Assembly: GCA_000166095.1 (NCBI GenBank)
Contig: CP002278.1
Coordinates: forward strand, 780,001 to 812,000
From: Methanothermus fervidus DSM 2088
GTDB lineage: Archaea; Methanobacteriota; Methanobacteria; DSM-2088; Methanothermaceae
Length of the DNA stretch: 32,000 nucleotides
Direction of reading: 5' to 3'
In this document: piece by piece, positions 10,639 through 19,151 of the stretch
How positions within the stretch are numbered: position 1 is the first letter of the stretch
Layout of the letters: the number at the start of each line of letters is the position of its first letter
Notes under the pieces: generated by a model
The model's database searches: none
What the model saw: only the letters and a program-made list of their open reading frames with translations
Told to the model about the DNA's origin: nothing
Made by a program: the position numbers and the translations under genes

Positions 10639-11329
10639 GTTATGTATTGTTGGCAGTGACTATGATTCTGATCTACAACTTTTATTTGAAAGTAAAAGGC
10701 TAGGTTATACAGGGGCATGTATCAAATACTCTCCAAATAATTTACCTGAAAAATCATATTTTAAAGATCTTGAAGAGGAAGTTGGAATAAAGGTAATACC
10801 TCGGATAGAACTTAAACCTGAAAATTTTCCAGATCTTAGAAAGAAAGTAAATAAATATAGAGATAAATACAAAGATTACTTGATATCAATACATGGAGGA
10901 ACTATAAAAGTTAATCGTGCTGCTTGTGAAAATTTACGGGTAGATATTCTTTCACATCCTTATCGTGGTAGAAGAGACCCAGGAATGGACCATATACACG
11001 CACGTGCAGCAAGTAGGAACAACGTTGCAATAGAATTATCACTGAGAGATCTCATAATGTCATGGTCAAATGTAAGAGCAAAACTGATGCAACATTTTAG
11101 AGATATAATAAAGTTACATCGTAAATTTAAATTTCCACTCATAGTTTCAAGTGAAGCAAAATCTCCATATGATTTAAGGAAACCAAAGGATATAATGTCT
11201 ATTTTAGAATGTTGTTTTGATCTTTCTAAAGAGGAAATAATTAACATAGTTCTCAAGACACCAATAGATATCATTAAATTTAATGAAGAAAGACCTAAAA
11301 TGGTAGTATTAGGTGTCAAAGTTTTATGA
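10625..11329 (+). CDS. rnp3: RNase P protein component 3 (Rpp30 homolog)
   Basis: MKFYELCI..., VDILSHPY, NNVAIELSLRDL, PLIVSSEAKSPYDLRKPKD. Conserved superoperon position. Confidence 0.85.
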   Translation: MKFYELCIVGSDYDSDLQLLFESKRLGYTGACIKYSPNNLPEKSYFKDLEEEVGIKVIPRIELKPENFPDLRKKVNKYRDKYKDYLISIHGGTIKVNRAACENLRVDILSHPYRGRRDPGMDHIHARAASRNNVAIELSLRDLIMSWSNVRAKLMQHFRDIIKLHRKFKFPLIVSSEAKSPYDLRKPKDIMSILECCFDLSKEEIINIVLKTPIDIIKFNEERPKMVVLGVKVL

Positions 11330-11724
11330 AGTTAAAAATACTTCCTTCAAGTTTGCGATACAAAAAAAGATATATCGCATTTGAAATTATATCAGAACTT
11401 TCATTAAATAGACGAGACATAATAAATATTATATGGGATTCATGTCTCAAAGTTTATGGAGAATGTAACGTTAGTAAATTTCGAATATGGGTTACAAAGC
11501 TTTGGTGTCCTCCATCTTTACAACATGGAAGAGTAATGGCAGGTTTATTAAGATGTAAGAGAGGAGAAGAAAAAAAAGTTATTTCAGCATTGTCTTTAGT
11601 ATCTCAATATAAAGGTAAGAGAGTTGTGATACATACTCTTGGAGTATCAGGTACTATGCGTGCTGCAATGCGAAAATTTATATTACCACTACTTAAAAAT
11701 TCTTCAGGAAAGCTTGAGAAATAA
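11326..11724 (+). CDS. rnp2: RNase P protein component 2 (Pop5 homolog)
   Basis: LPSSLRYKKRYIAFEI N-terminus and HTLGVSGTMR near the C-terminus. ATGA overlap with rnp3. Confidence 0.8.
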   Translation: MKLKILPSSLRYKKRYIAFEIISELSLNRRDIINIIWDSCLKVYGECNVSKFRIWVTKLWCPPSLQHGRVMAGLLRCKRGEEKKVISALSLVSQYKGKRVVIHTLGVSGTMRAAMRKFILPLLKNSSGKLEK

Positions 11725-11846
11725 AATTTTGAGGATAATGACAATAATTCTGATAACATCGTAAGCTTTATTATAAAAATCATTAAATAAATTTATTTTT
11801 TTAGTCTAAGTATTTAAATAAGAATTATAAAAAGGTGGGATATTAT

Positions 11847-12602
11847 ATGCAACCATTACAAAGTGCAGGATACGATAGAGCAATAACAGTTTTTAGCCCA
11901 GATGGTAGACTCTTCCAAGTTGAATATGCTAGAGAAGCTGTTAAAAGAGGTACAACATCATTAGGTGTAAAATCAAAAGAAGGAATAGTATTATTAGTAG
12001 ATAAAAGACCAACAAGTAGATTAGTGGAACCAAAATCTATAGAAAAAATATTTCAAATAGATGAACACATAGGCGCTGCAACATCTGGTTTAGTTGCTGA
12101 TGCTAGAGTAATAATCGAAAAAGCTAGGATTGAAGCACAAATTAATAGAATTACCTACAATGAACCTATAAGAGTTGAAACTTTAGTTAAAAAAATATGT
12201 GATATGAAGCAACTCTACACCCAGCATGGCGGAGTAAGGCCATTTGGTTCTGCATTAATAGTTGGCGGTGTTAATGGAAAGAAACCTAGACTTTTTGAGA
12301 CAGACCCTAGTGGAGCATTAATTGAATACAAAGCTACAGCTATAGGTGCAGGCAGGCCAATAGCTATGGAAGAGTTTGAAAGGAAATACAGAGACGATAT
12401 AACATTAAAAGAAGCTATAGATTTGGCATTGGATGCTGTATACGAAGCTACAGAGGGTAGAACAACAGCAAAAAGTATAGAAATAGCTACAATTACCACT
12501 AAGGATAGAAAATTTAGATTGTTACCAGATGAAGAGGTTAAAAAATATGTAGATGAATTGTTAGAAAGAAAGAAAGAAGAAAAGGAGGAAAAAGAGGAAT
12601 AA
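11847..12602 (+). CDS. psmA: Proteasome subunit alpha
   Basis: [34 protein letters not shown] is the canonical alpha-subunit N-terminus. ATG 11847 with GGTGGG upstream is preferred over the track's GTG 11835. Confidence 0.95.
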   Translation: MQPLQSAGYDRAITVFSPDGRLFQVEYAREAVKRGTTSLGVKSKEGIVLLVDKRPTSRLVEPKSIEKIFQIDEHIGAATSGLVADARVIIEKARIEAQINRITYNEPIRVETLVKKICDMKQLYTQHGGVRPFGSALIVGGVNGKKPRLFETDPSGALIEYKATAIGAGRPIAMEEFERKYRDDITLKEAIDLALDAVYEATEGRTTAKSIEIATITTKDRKFRLLPDEEVKKYVDELLERKKEEKEEKEE

Positions 12603-12605
12603 AAA

Positions 12606-13307
12606 ATGGTTAGCATCGAAGATGCAGTTATTGCACGTTTTGAATCTCATGGAGAAAGATTTGAAATTCTTGTAGATCCAGATTTAGCTTTAGAATTTAG
12701 AAAAACGCCAGAAAAATATGATATAGAGGATATAATTGCCGTAGAAGAAATTTTTAAAGATGCCAAAAAAGGAGAAAAAGCTTCTGAAAAAAAGATGGAA
12801 GAAGTGTTTGGTACAGCTGATCCTTTAGAAGTTGCAAAAAAAATTATACTCAAAGGCTCTATTCAACTTACAGCTGAACAGAAAAGAAGGATGATGGAAG
12901 AAAAATTTAAAAAAATAGTAAATAAAATTTCGCGAGAAGCAATAAATCCACAGACAGGTCACCCGCATCCACCAAAAAGGATAGAAAGGGCAATGAAAGA
13001 ATGTAAAATCCATATAGATCCATTTAAACCTGTGGACGAACAAATAAAGGAAGTTTTAAAAGCTATACGTACAAAAATACCAATAAAATTTGAAAAAGTT
13101 AAAATAGCAGTTAAAATACCTGGTAAATATGTAGGATCTTCCTATGGTACTATAACTAAATACTGTAAAATTTTAGAGGAAGAATGGCAGGATGATGGAT
13201 CCTGGATAGGGATTGTCGAACTACCAGGAGGTCTACAAAACAAATTTTATGAAGAACTTAGTAAATTAACTGCTGGTGAAGTAGAAACAAAACTCCTCAG
13301 AGAATAG
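12606..13307 (+). CDS. SBDS-family ribosome maturation protein (SdoA)
   Basis: [25 protein letters not shown]-terminus and conserved superoperon position after psmA. Confidence 0.85.
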   Translation: MVSIEDAVIARFESHGERFEILVDPDLALEFRKTPEKYDIEDIIAVEEIFKDAKKGEKASEKKMEEVFGTADPLEVAKKIILKGSIQLTAEQKRRMMEEKFKKIVNKISREAINPQTGHPHPPKRIERAMKECKIHIDPFKPVDEQIKEVLKAIRTKIPIKFEKVKIAVKIPGKYVGSSYGTITKYCKILEEEWQDDGSWIGIVELPGGLQNKFYEELSKLTAGEVETKLLRE

Positions 13308-13318
13308 GAGAGATAACC

Positions 13319-13987
13319 GTGTTGTTCGTCAAGGAAAGGGACATTGTGGTCCCTGGAGAAAAATTGGCAGGAAATGATTATATTGCGGGTAGAGGAACTT
13401 TTATTGAAGAAGATAAAATATATTCTTCTGTTGTAGGATTAGTATCAATAAAAGGGAAAAGAATTGAAGTTATTCCTCTCCAAGGTAAATATATACCTAA
13501 AAAAAATGATAGTGTTATTGGGAAGGTCGTTGATGTAAAATTTGCAAGATGGATTGTCGACATAAGATCTCCTTATTCTGCTATTTTACCAGTTTCTGAA
13601 GTTATAGATAAAGGTAAAAAGAATTTAGAAGAAATATTTGGCATTGGAGATACATTATTTTTAAAAATTATAGAAGTAGATGAAGTTAAAAAAGTTAAAC
13701 TAGGTTTACATGAGGGTGGCCCAATAAAACTTGAAGGTGGAACATTAGCATATATAACACCTAGTAAGGTTCCTAGAGTCATTGGAAGAAAAGGATCAAT
13801 GATAAAAATGTTAAAAAAATTGACGAATTGCGAAATCTTACTAGGACAGAATGGCGTAATTTGGGTTAAAGGCGATAAAAAAATGGAAGAAATTGTTAAA
13901 CGTGCATTAGAGATGATAGATAGAGAAGCACATACTTCTGGACTTACTGATCGTGTTAAAGAATTTATAATTAGATCTATAGAATAA
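13319..13987 (+). CDS. rrp4: Exosome complex RNA-binding subunit Rrp4 (S1 + KH domains)
   Basis: VVPGEKLA...[21 protein letters not shown]....WIVDI (S1) and [13 protein letters not shown] (KH). GTG start with GGAGAG upstream. Confidence 0.9.
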   Translation: MLFVKERDIVVPGEKLAGNDYIAGRGTFIEEDKIYSSVVGLVSIKGKRIEVIPLQGKYIPKKNDSVIGKVVDVKFARWIVDIRSPYSAILPVSEVIDKGKKNLEEIFGIGDTLFLKIIEVDEVKKVKLGLHEGGPIKLEGGTLAYITPSKVPRVIGRKGSMIKMLKKLTNCEILLGQNGVIWVKGDKKMEEIVKRALEMIDREAHTSGLTDRVKEFIIRSIE

Positions 13988-13989
13988 GG

Positions 13990-14703
13990 TTGATGATAAT
14001 CGTGCCAGATACAGTAGAATTCGTTAGAAAAGATGGAAGAGCATACAACGAACTTCGACCAGTAAAAATTAAAGCAGGAGTATTAAAAAGAGCAGATGGA
14101 TCATCCTATATTGAGTTAGGGTCCAATAAAATATTAGCAGCGGTATATGGTCCTAGAGATCCTCAAATAACAAAAATAAAGAGACCAGATAGGGCAATAA
14201 TTAGGTGTAGATACAATATGGCACCATTTTCTGTAGAGGAACGAAAAAGACCAGGACCTGATAGAAGATCAATAGAGATTTCAAAAATAACAGCAGAAGC
14301 TTTAGCGCCTTCTATAATTTTAGAAAAATTTCCAAGATCATCAATTGATATTTTCATTGAAGTTTTGGAAGCAGATGGTGGAACAAGATGTGCAGGAATA
14401 ACTGCTGCATCTGTTGCACTTGCAGATGCAGGAATACCTCTTCGTGATTTGGTAGTCGCATGTTCAGCAGGTAAAGTTAATGGTCATGTAGTATTAGATT
14501 TAACTGAAGAAGAAGATAAAGAAGGTGAAGCAGACGTTCCTGTGGCAATAATGCCCAGAACTAAAGAAATAACATTATTACAAGTTGATGGAGAATTGAC
14601 ACCTGAAGAACTTGAAAAAGCTATAGATCTTGCTATTGAAGGTTGTATGAGTATAAATAAACTTCAAAAAAAAAGCATTGAAAGAAAAATATGGGTGTAT
14701 TGA
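13990..14703 (+). CDS. rrp41: Exosome complex exonuclease Rrp41 (RNase PH fold)
   Basis: [64 protein letters not shown]. The exact start is uncertain (TTG 13990, ATG 13993 or GTG 14002). Confidence 0.9.
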   Translation: MMIIVPDTVEFVRKDGRAYNELRPVKIKAGVLKRADGSSYIELGSNKILAAVYGPRDPQITKIKRPDRAIIRCRYNMAPFSVEERKRPGPDRRSIEISKITAEALAPSIILEKFPRSSIDIFIEVLEADGGTRCAGITAASVALADAGIPLRDLVVACSAGKVNGHVVLDLTEEEDKEGEADVPVAIMPRTKEITLLQVDGELTPEELEKAIDLAIEGCMSINKLQKKSIERKIWVY

Positions 14704-14705
14704 CC

Positions 14706-15503
14706 ATGGAAATAATTCCGGAAATAATGAAAGAAGATATAATAAGTCTTATTAGCAATAACAAAAGATTGGATGGCAGGTCTTTCTATGAATTTAGAGA
14801 TATAAAAATTAAAACAGGTGTAATATCTAAAGCAGAAGGTTCAGCAAGAGTCAAATTAGGAGATACACAAGTTCTTGTTGGTGTAAAACCAACAATAGGT
14901 GAACCATTTCCAGATAATCCTAATTTAGGAATAATAATAACAAATTCAGAGCTTTTACCAATGGCATCTCCTACTTTTGAGCCAGGGCCTCCTGATGAAA
15001 GATCCATAGAGCTTGCTAGGGTCGTTGATAGGTGTATAAGAGAAAGTAATATGCTTGATTTAGAAAAGCTATGCATAATTGAAGGTGAAAAAGTTTGGAT
15101 ACTTTTCATAGATCTCCATATTTTGGATTATGATGGGAATTTGTTTGATGCCTCTGTACTTGGGGCAGTAGCAGCATTAATGGATACAAAGTTACCAAAA
15201 GTTAGCATTGAGGATGATGAAGTAGTCATTGATGACAGTTCAGTTGAGTTACTTGATATCAAAGATAAAGTTGCTATGTGCACATTTGCAAAAATAGGTG
15301 ATGAATTAGTATTAGATCCTTCTTTAGAGGAAGAAGAAATACTTACAGCAAGATTATCAATAGGAATGAATTCAGAGGGAAAAATATGTGCCATGCAAAA
15401 AGGTGGAAAAGGTTCATTAAGTAGAGAGGATATATCAAAAGCTATAAATATTGCAGAAGAAAAAACACCTGAACTGTTACAACATTTAGAGAATATTAGG
15501 TGA
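14706..15503 (+). CDS. rrp42: Exosome complex subunit Rrp42 (RNase PH fold, non-catalytic)
   Basis: [41 protein letters not shown] and [21 protein letters not shown] 14706 is preferred; the track start is 14691. Confidence 0.9.
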   Translation: MEIIPEIMKEDIISLISNNKRLDGRSFYEFRDIKIKTGVISKAEGSARVKLGDTQVLVGVKPTIGEPFPDNPNLGIIITNSELLPMASPTFEPGPPDERSIELARVVDRCIRESNMLDLEKLCIIEGEKVWILFIDLHILDYDGNLFDASVLGAVAALMDTKLPKVSIEDDEVVIDDSSVELLDIKDKVAMCTFAKIGDELVLDPSLEEEEILTARLSIGMNSEGKICAMQKGGKGSLSREDISKAINIAEEKTPELLQHLENIR

Positions 15504-15508
15504 TACTT

Positions 15509-15781
15509 ATGGGTAGGACAAAAAAAGTTGGAATAACTGGTAGATTTGGGCCAAGATATGGAATGAAAATAAGAAGAGCTGTTAAGAGAATTGAAGAAAA
15601 AATGAAAGAAAAACATATATGTCCATATTGTGAAATGCCACGCGTTAAAAGGATAAGTAGAGGTATATGGAAATGTAAAAAATGTGGAGCTGTTTTCACT
15701 GGCGGTGCATATTTACCACAAACATCTGTAGGTAAATCTGCATCCAGGACAATTAAAAGGATAATTGAAGGAGGATCTTAA
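15509..15781 (+). CDS. rpl37ae: 50S ribosomal protein L37Ae
   Basis: [18 protein letters not shown] and the CPYC...CKKCG zinc ribbon. GGTGAT upstream of ATG 15509. Confidence 0.95.
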   Translation: MGRTKKVGITGRFGPRYGMKIRRAVKRIEEKMKEKHICPYCEMPRVKRISRGIWKCKKCGAVFTGGAYLPQTSVGKSASRTIKRIIEGGS

Positions 15782-15913
15782 TTGTATAAGTGTTTAAGAT
15801 GTGGGACTACTATAGACCCCAAAAAACAGAAAAAATACATGTGTCCTAAATGTAGGTACAGGATATTACTTAAAGAACAACCGGAAATTGTGAGAGAATT
15901 AAGAGCTAGGTAA
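15782..15913 (+). CDS. rpoP: DNA-directed RNA polymerase subunit P (Rpo12/RpoP), 43 aa zinc ribbon
   Basis: Too short for the ORF track. The TTG start lies immediately after the rpl37ae stop, with GGAGGA 8 nt upstream. Translation: (M)YKCLRCGTTIDPKKQKKYMCPKCRYRILLKEQPEIVRELRAR, with CxxC...CxxC. Occupies the conserved position between L37Ae and the Brix gene. Confidence 0.85.
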   Translation: MYKCLRCGTTIDPKKQKKYMCPKCRYRILLKEQPEIVRELRAR

Positions 15914-15915
15914 TC

Positions 15916-16419
15916 ATGCCTAGTATTTTAATTACAACTTCCCGTAGACCTTCACCCCGCACTAGGGCTTTTTGTCAGAGATTTAAAAATGGATTAGATG
16001 CACTTTATATTAATCGTGGAAAAATGAATATGCAAGAAGTATTTCTGAAGGCATGTGAAGAAGGTGCACATGTTGTAGCTATTGTACTGGAGTTAAAGGG
16101 TAATCCCAGTCGTATAACTTTCTATGATGTGAGTGGTGAAGAATTAGCTTATATATTAATGAATGTTGCAATTCCAAGGAGAAGGGAATTTAATATTGAT
16201 CGTAAAAGAGTTACAGCCAAAGTAGAGGTGGAAGAGTTACTTCCATTAACATATTTACTGTTCTTAACTCCCCATGATAGCCCAATGTCAAATTATTGGC
16301 ATATAAAAAAAGGACATGGGAAATATATGGCAATAATGGAATTAATTGATGAAGAAGGTAAAAGTACTGGTCTTAAATTATTTATATTGGATTTTGAGGT
16401 TGTAAAGCATGGGACTTGA
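15916..16419 (+). CDS. Brix domain ribosome biogenesis protein (Imp4-like)
   Basis: ILITTSRRPSPRTRAFCQ N-terminus typical of archaeal Brix proteins; superoperon position. Confidence 0.8.
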   Translation: MPSILITTSRRPSPRTRAFCQRFKNGLDALYINRGKMNMQEVFLKACEEGAHVVAIVLELKGNPSRITFYDVSGEELAYILMNVAIPRRREFNIDRKRVTAKVEVEELLPLTYLLFLTPHDSPMSNYWHIKKGHGKYMAIMELIDEEGKSTGLKLFILDFEVVKHGT

Positions 16420-16675
16420 ATCCATAATTTCAGATATTGAAATTTCCTTAAACTTAGAAAAAGATGCAGAAATTGTTTATAAATCCATTAAGCCAGAAGT
16501 TTTGACAGCACCATCACAAAGGTCTAAGTTAAATATTAAACGTGATAAAAAAAAGATATTATTTAAAATAATTGCAGAAGATTCACATGCATATAGAGCA
16601 TCTTTAAATTCTATTTTACGTTGGGTTATAATTTCTCTAGATATTCTTAAATTAATGAAAAGAGGTGATATATAA
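16409..16675 (+). CDS. pcc1: KEOPS complex subunit Pcc1-like protein
   Basis: About 88 aa. The motif AEDSHAYRASLNSILRWV matches the Pcc1/CTAG signature (A.D...LRA..NS.LRW). Lies upstream of prefoldin beta, as in other archaea. Confidence 0.65.
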   Translation: MGLESIISDIEISLNLEKDAEIVYKSIKPEVLTAPSQRSKLNIKRDKKKILFKIIAEDSHAYRASLNSILRWVIISLDILKLMKRGDI

Positions 16676-17031
16676 TGGAACAACTTCCAAAAAGTGTGCA
16701 ACATCAAATAGCTCAATTTCAGCAATTACAACAACAAGCTCAGGCTATAACTGTCCAAAGACAAAGTATAGAGATGCAAATAAAAGAAGCTGAGAGAGCA
16801 TTAGATGAATTAAATAAAGTTAAAGAAGATGCTGAAATTTATAAGTCTGTTGGAAATATATTGATAAAATCTAATAAAGAAGAAGTCAAGAAAGAATTAG
16901 AAGATAAGTTGGAGACTCTTAAGCTTAGGGAAAATACAATAAAAAGACAGGAAGAACGTGTAATGAAAAGGTTACGTGAAATGCAGGCTACAATACAGGA
17001 AGCATTGAGGGGAGGAGGATTAGGAACTTAA
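16675..17031 (+). CDS. pfdB: Prefoldin subunit beta
   Basis: 118-aa coiled-coil protein with QHQIAQFQQLQQQAQAI and the central beta-hairpin YKSVGNILIK. TAATG overlap with pcc1. Confidence 0.9.
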   Translation: MEQLPKSVQHQIAQFQQLQQQAQAITVQRQSIEMQIKEAERALDELNKVKEDAEIYKSVGNILIKSNKEEVKKELEDKLETLKLRENTIKRQEERVMKRLREMQATIQEALRGGGLGT

Positions 17032-17052
17032 TCTCATACCCTTCCTTTAAAT

Positions 17053-17058
17053 TTTTTC
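17053..17058 (+). terminator. Oligo-T run downstream of pfdB (end of the superoperon)
   Basis: A T6 run lies 22 nt after the pfdB stop and is followed by a 280-nt non-coding gap. Confidence 0.3.
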
Positions 17059-17334
17059 ATTACAGGTTAAAAAATTTAAAACTATCAAACCTAGAATAAT
17101 TCAAGTAAAAACTCGTTAATGTTGTATTGTAAAACATAAGTTAATTCATGAGTATTTTATATGGTGTTGACTATGATAATTTGTTTTCAGGAAATATAAT
17201 CTACTCTTATTTTTTGGAATGGAATATAATGTGGATTTAATACAATATTAAGCTTACAATAACCAGTATATAGCTAGATATACAGGAAAAGAAGAAGGAT
17301 ATGTTGGCATGTGGTAATAGTGGAGGAAATATTG

Positions 17335-18267
17335 ATGAGTCTTATTTTAGCATATGTCGGAAAAAAAGGTTGTGTTATAGCTGGAGACAAAAGAAAAATT
17401 GCATATTTTGGTGATAAGTCTTCTAGGAAAATTCTAGAAGAAAAATTGTATACCGGTAAAATAAAAACTTTAGATGAGCTTTTTGAAGAAGCTAAAAAGT
17501 TAGGAGTATCAATAAATATAACTGATAATGCAAAGAAAGTAAGAGAAAAGGGGCATGTTGCAATCGGAGAAGTAGGAATAAAAGCTACACATAGTGCAAA
17601 AAGAAGAAGATTATATGCGACAACTAACTGTTATGAAATTATAGAACTTGAAGGCTCAAAAATTGTTAAAAGAAAAAAAGGTAATAGTGCTCTGATTGTT
17701 TTTGGAAATAGAATAACAAAAAAAATTTCCAATGAAATTTTAAAAAAAGAGTTTAATCCAAAAATGAGTTTACAAGAAATAGCAAATTTATTTAAGAAAA
17801 TAATAAAAAAAGCATCGGAATTAACTCCAACAATAAATAAGTCTTGTGATATCGTGATTAAAAATCCTATACTTAATAAAGAAATGGCAGAAAAGATATT
17901 GGAGATGAGTATATCAGAAGATATTAAAAACTTGCGAAAATGGAGAAAATCTTTAAAAGATAAGATGATAAAAGCTGCAAAAGAAATAACTTTAGCTTCC
18001 AAAATTATTACAGAAGGAGATGTCGGAGAAATAGTTGATATAAAAGATGGAAAAATAATGGTCAAATTAAATCAAGACGTTTGTGCATATGACTTAAATT
18101 GGGAAAAAGTTGCTAATCCGGGAGAAATTGTTACAATGACTGCTGACAATCCTTCAGAGATTAAAGTTGGAGACAAAGTAGTTATAGAAAATGAAGAATT
18201 ATATGTGGAGCGTTGTAAAGAACCTTTACAATGTGAAGTAATACTAACATATTGTAACAGAGGATAA
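17335..18267 (+). CDS. Proteasome-beta-like Ntn-fold protein, DUF2121/Connectase candidate
   Basis: ATG 17335 has GGAGGA upstream. N-terminus MSLILAYVGKKGCVIAGDKRKIAYFGDKSSRKI mirrors the proteasome-beta pattern: nucleophile at mature position 1, G-D-x-R 16 residues later, and K-I about 30 residues in. Has a C-terminal beta-rich domain and is about 310 aa. Found in a methanogen. Confidence 0.5.
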   Translation: MSLILAYVGKKGCVIAGDKRKIAYFGDKSSRKILEEKLYTGKIKTLDELFEEAKKLGVSINITDNAKKVREKGHVAIGEVGIKATHSAKRRRLYATTNCYEIIELEGSKIVKRKKGNSALIVFGNRITKKISNEILKKEFNPKMSLQEIANLFKKIIKKASELTPTINKSCDIVIKNPILNKEMAEKILEMSISEDIKNLRKWRKSLKDKMIKAAKEITLASKIITEGDVGEIVDIKDGKIMVKLNQDVCAYDLNWEKVANPGEIVTMTADNPSEIKVGDKVVIENEELYVERCKEPLQCEVILTYCNRG

Positions 18268-18302
18268 GGAGGTGGAATCTGTGTATTTAACATTCCTAGG
18301 AA

Positions 18303-19088
18303 GTGGGGGAGGTAGGTTTTGCTACCATAACACAAAAAAGAATGACTGGTGGATTTAGGATAGATCACCTAGATAACAAAAATTTTCATATTGATCCAGG
18401 ACCTGGAGCATTTATAAGAACATATCAATTTGGTTTAAATCCCATAAACCTTGATGTTGTACTTGTATCTCATGCACACACTGATCATTATTCAGATGTT
18501 GAAGTCATGATTGAAGCAATGACAAAAGGAATGACTAGAAGAAGAGGAACTATAGTTGGAAGTAGGAGTGTAATAGAAGGTTATAATGATTTTGGTCCCT
18601 GCATATCAAAGTATCATTTAACAAAATCTGATGTTGTAGTGATGGAACCTGGAGACACGACAAAAATTGGAAATGTTAAAATTAAGGCCACACCCACACA
18701 ACATGGAGACCCAACAGGTATAGGTTTTCAATTTAAAACAAAAGATATAGTTATATCCTATACATCAGATACAGCATATTTTGAAGATTTAGGAAAATAT
18801 CACAAAGGCGCTGATATATTAATTGCCAATGTTATAAGGCCAAATGGTGAACGTATTAGAGGGCATATGTGTACAGATGATCTCAAAAAACTTTTAAATA
18901 TTGTAAGACCAAAATTAACTATAATGACACATTTTGGTATGAAAATGATTAATAATAACCCTGCTAAAGAGGCTAGAGATCTATGTAAAGAAACATCGTT
19001 AAGAGTTATTCCAGCATCTGATGGAATGAAAATAGATTTATCAAATATTGCACAAAGAACCTTAAATGATTTTTTCATGCCTCGGTAG
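18303..19088 (+). CDS. MBL-fold metallo-hydrolase, apparently frameshifted near the N-terminus (see finding); likely true start GTG 18281
   Basis: HAHTDH metal motif, later His/Asp ligand positions (TQHGD, SYTSD, MTHFG). A strong AGGAGGTGG ribosome-binding motif serves GTG 18281 in the -1 frame, which encodes VYLTFLGSGGGRF. The last 10 nt overlap tRNA-Thr. Confidence 0.75.
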   Translation: MGEVGFATITQKRMTGGFRIDHLDNKNFHIDPGPGAFIRTYQFGLNPINLDVVLVSHAHTDHYSDVEVMIEAMTKGMTRRRGTIVGSRSVIEGYNDFGPCISKYHLTKSDVVVMEPGDTTKIGNVKIKATPTQHGDPTGIGFQFKTKDIVISYTSDTAYFEDLGKYHKGADILIANVIRPNGERIRGHMCTDDLKKLLNIVRPKLTIMTHFGMKMINNNPAKEARDLCKETSLRVIPASDGMKIDLSNIAQRTLNDFFMPR

Positions 19089-19151
19089 CTCAGTTGGTAG
19101 AGCGCGGGACTCGTAATCCCGTGGTCGCGGGTTCAAATCCCGCCCGAGGCT
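19079..19151 (+). tRNA. tRNA-Thr (anticodon CGU)
   Basis: Cloverleaf folded by hand. Acceptor GCCTCGG/CCGAGGC; D arm GCTC-AGTTGGTA-GAGC; anticodon arm CGGGA-CTCGTAA-TCCCG; variable loop TGGTC; T arm GCGGG-TTCAAAT-CCCGC; discriminator T. CCA is not encoded. It is a GC-rich island in AT-rich DNA. Confidence 0.92.

Noticed and set aside
17032-17310. 280-nt non-coding gap after pfdB, examined for a structured RNA or small ORF (for example a 30-codon ATG ORF around 17147-17239)
   Set aside because: The sequence is AT-rich with no convincing stems, no ribosome-binding motif for the small ORF and no recognisable RNA-family motifs. It most likely holds the terminator and promoter between the superoperon and the Connectase-like gene.
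9778-18368. Series of 100-160-aa minus-strand ORFs inside the superoperon and Connectase-like gene (9778-10254, 10344-10718, 10960-11319, 12215-12616, 14786-15109, 15128-15616, 17631-18065, 18072-18368)
   Set aside because: All are antisense to well-supported conserved genes. Their Ser/Phe/Leu/Ile-rich products are the expected mirror image of Lys/Glu-rich sense genes in AT-rich DNA.
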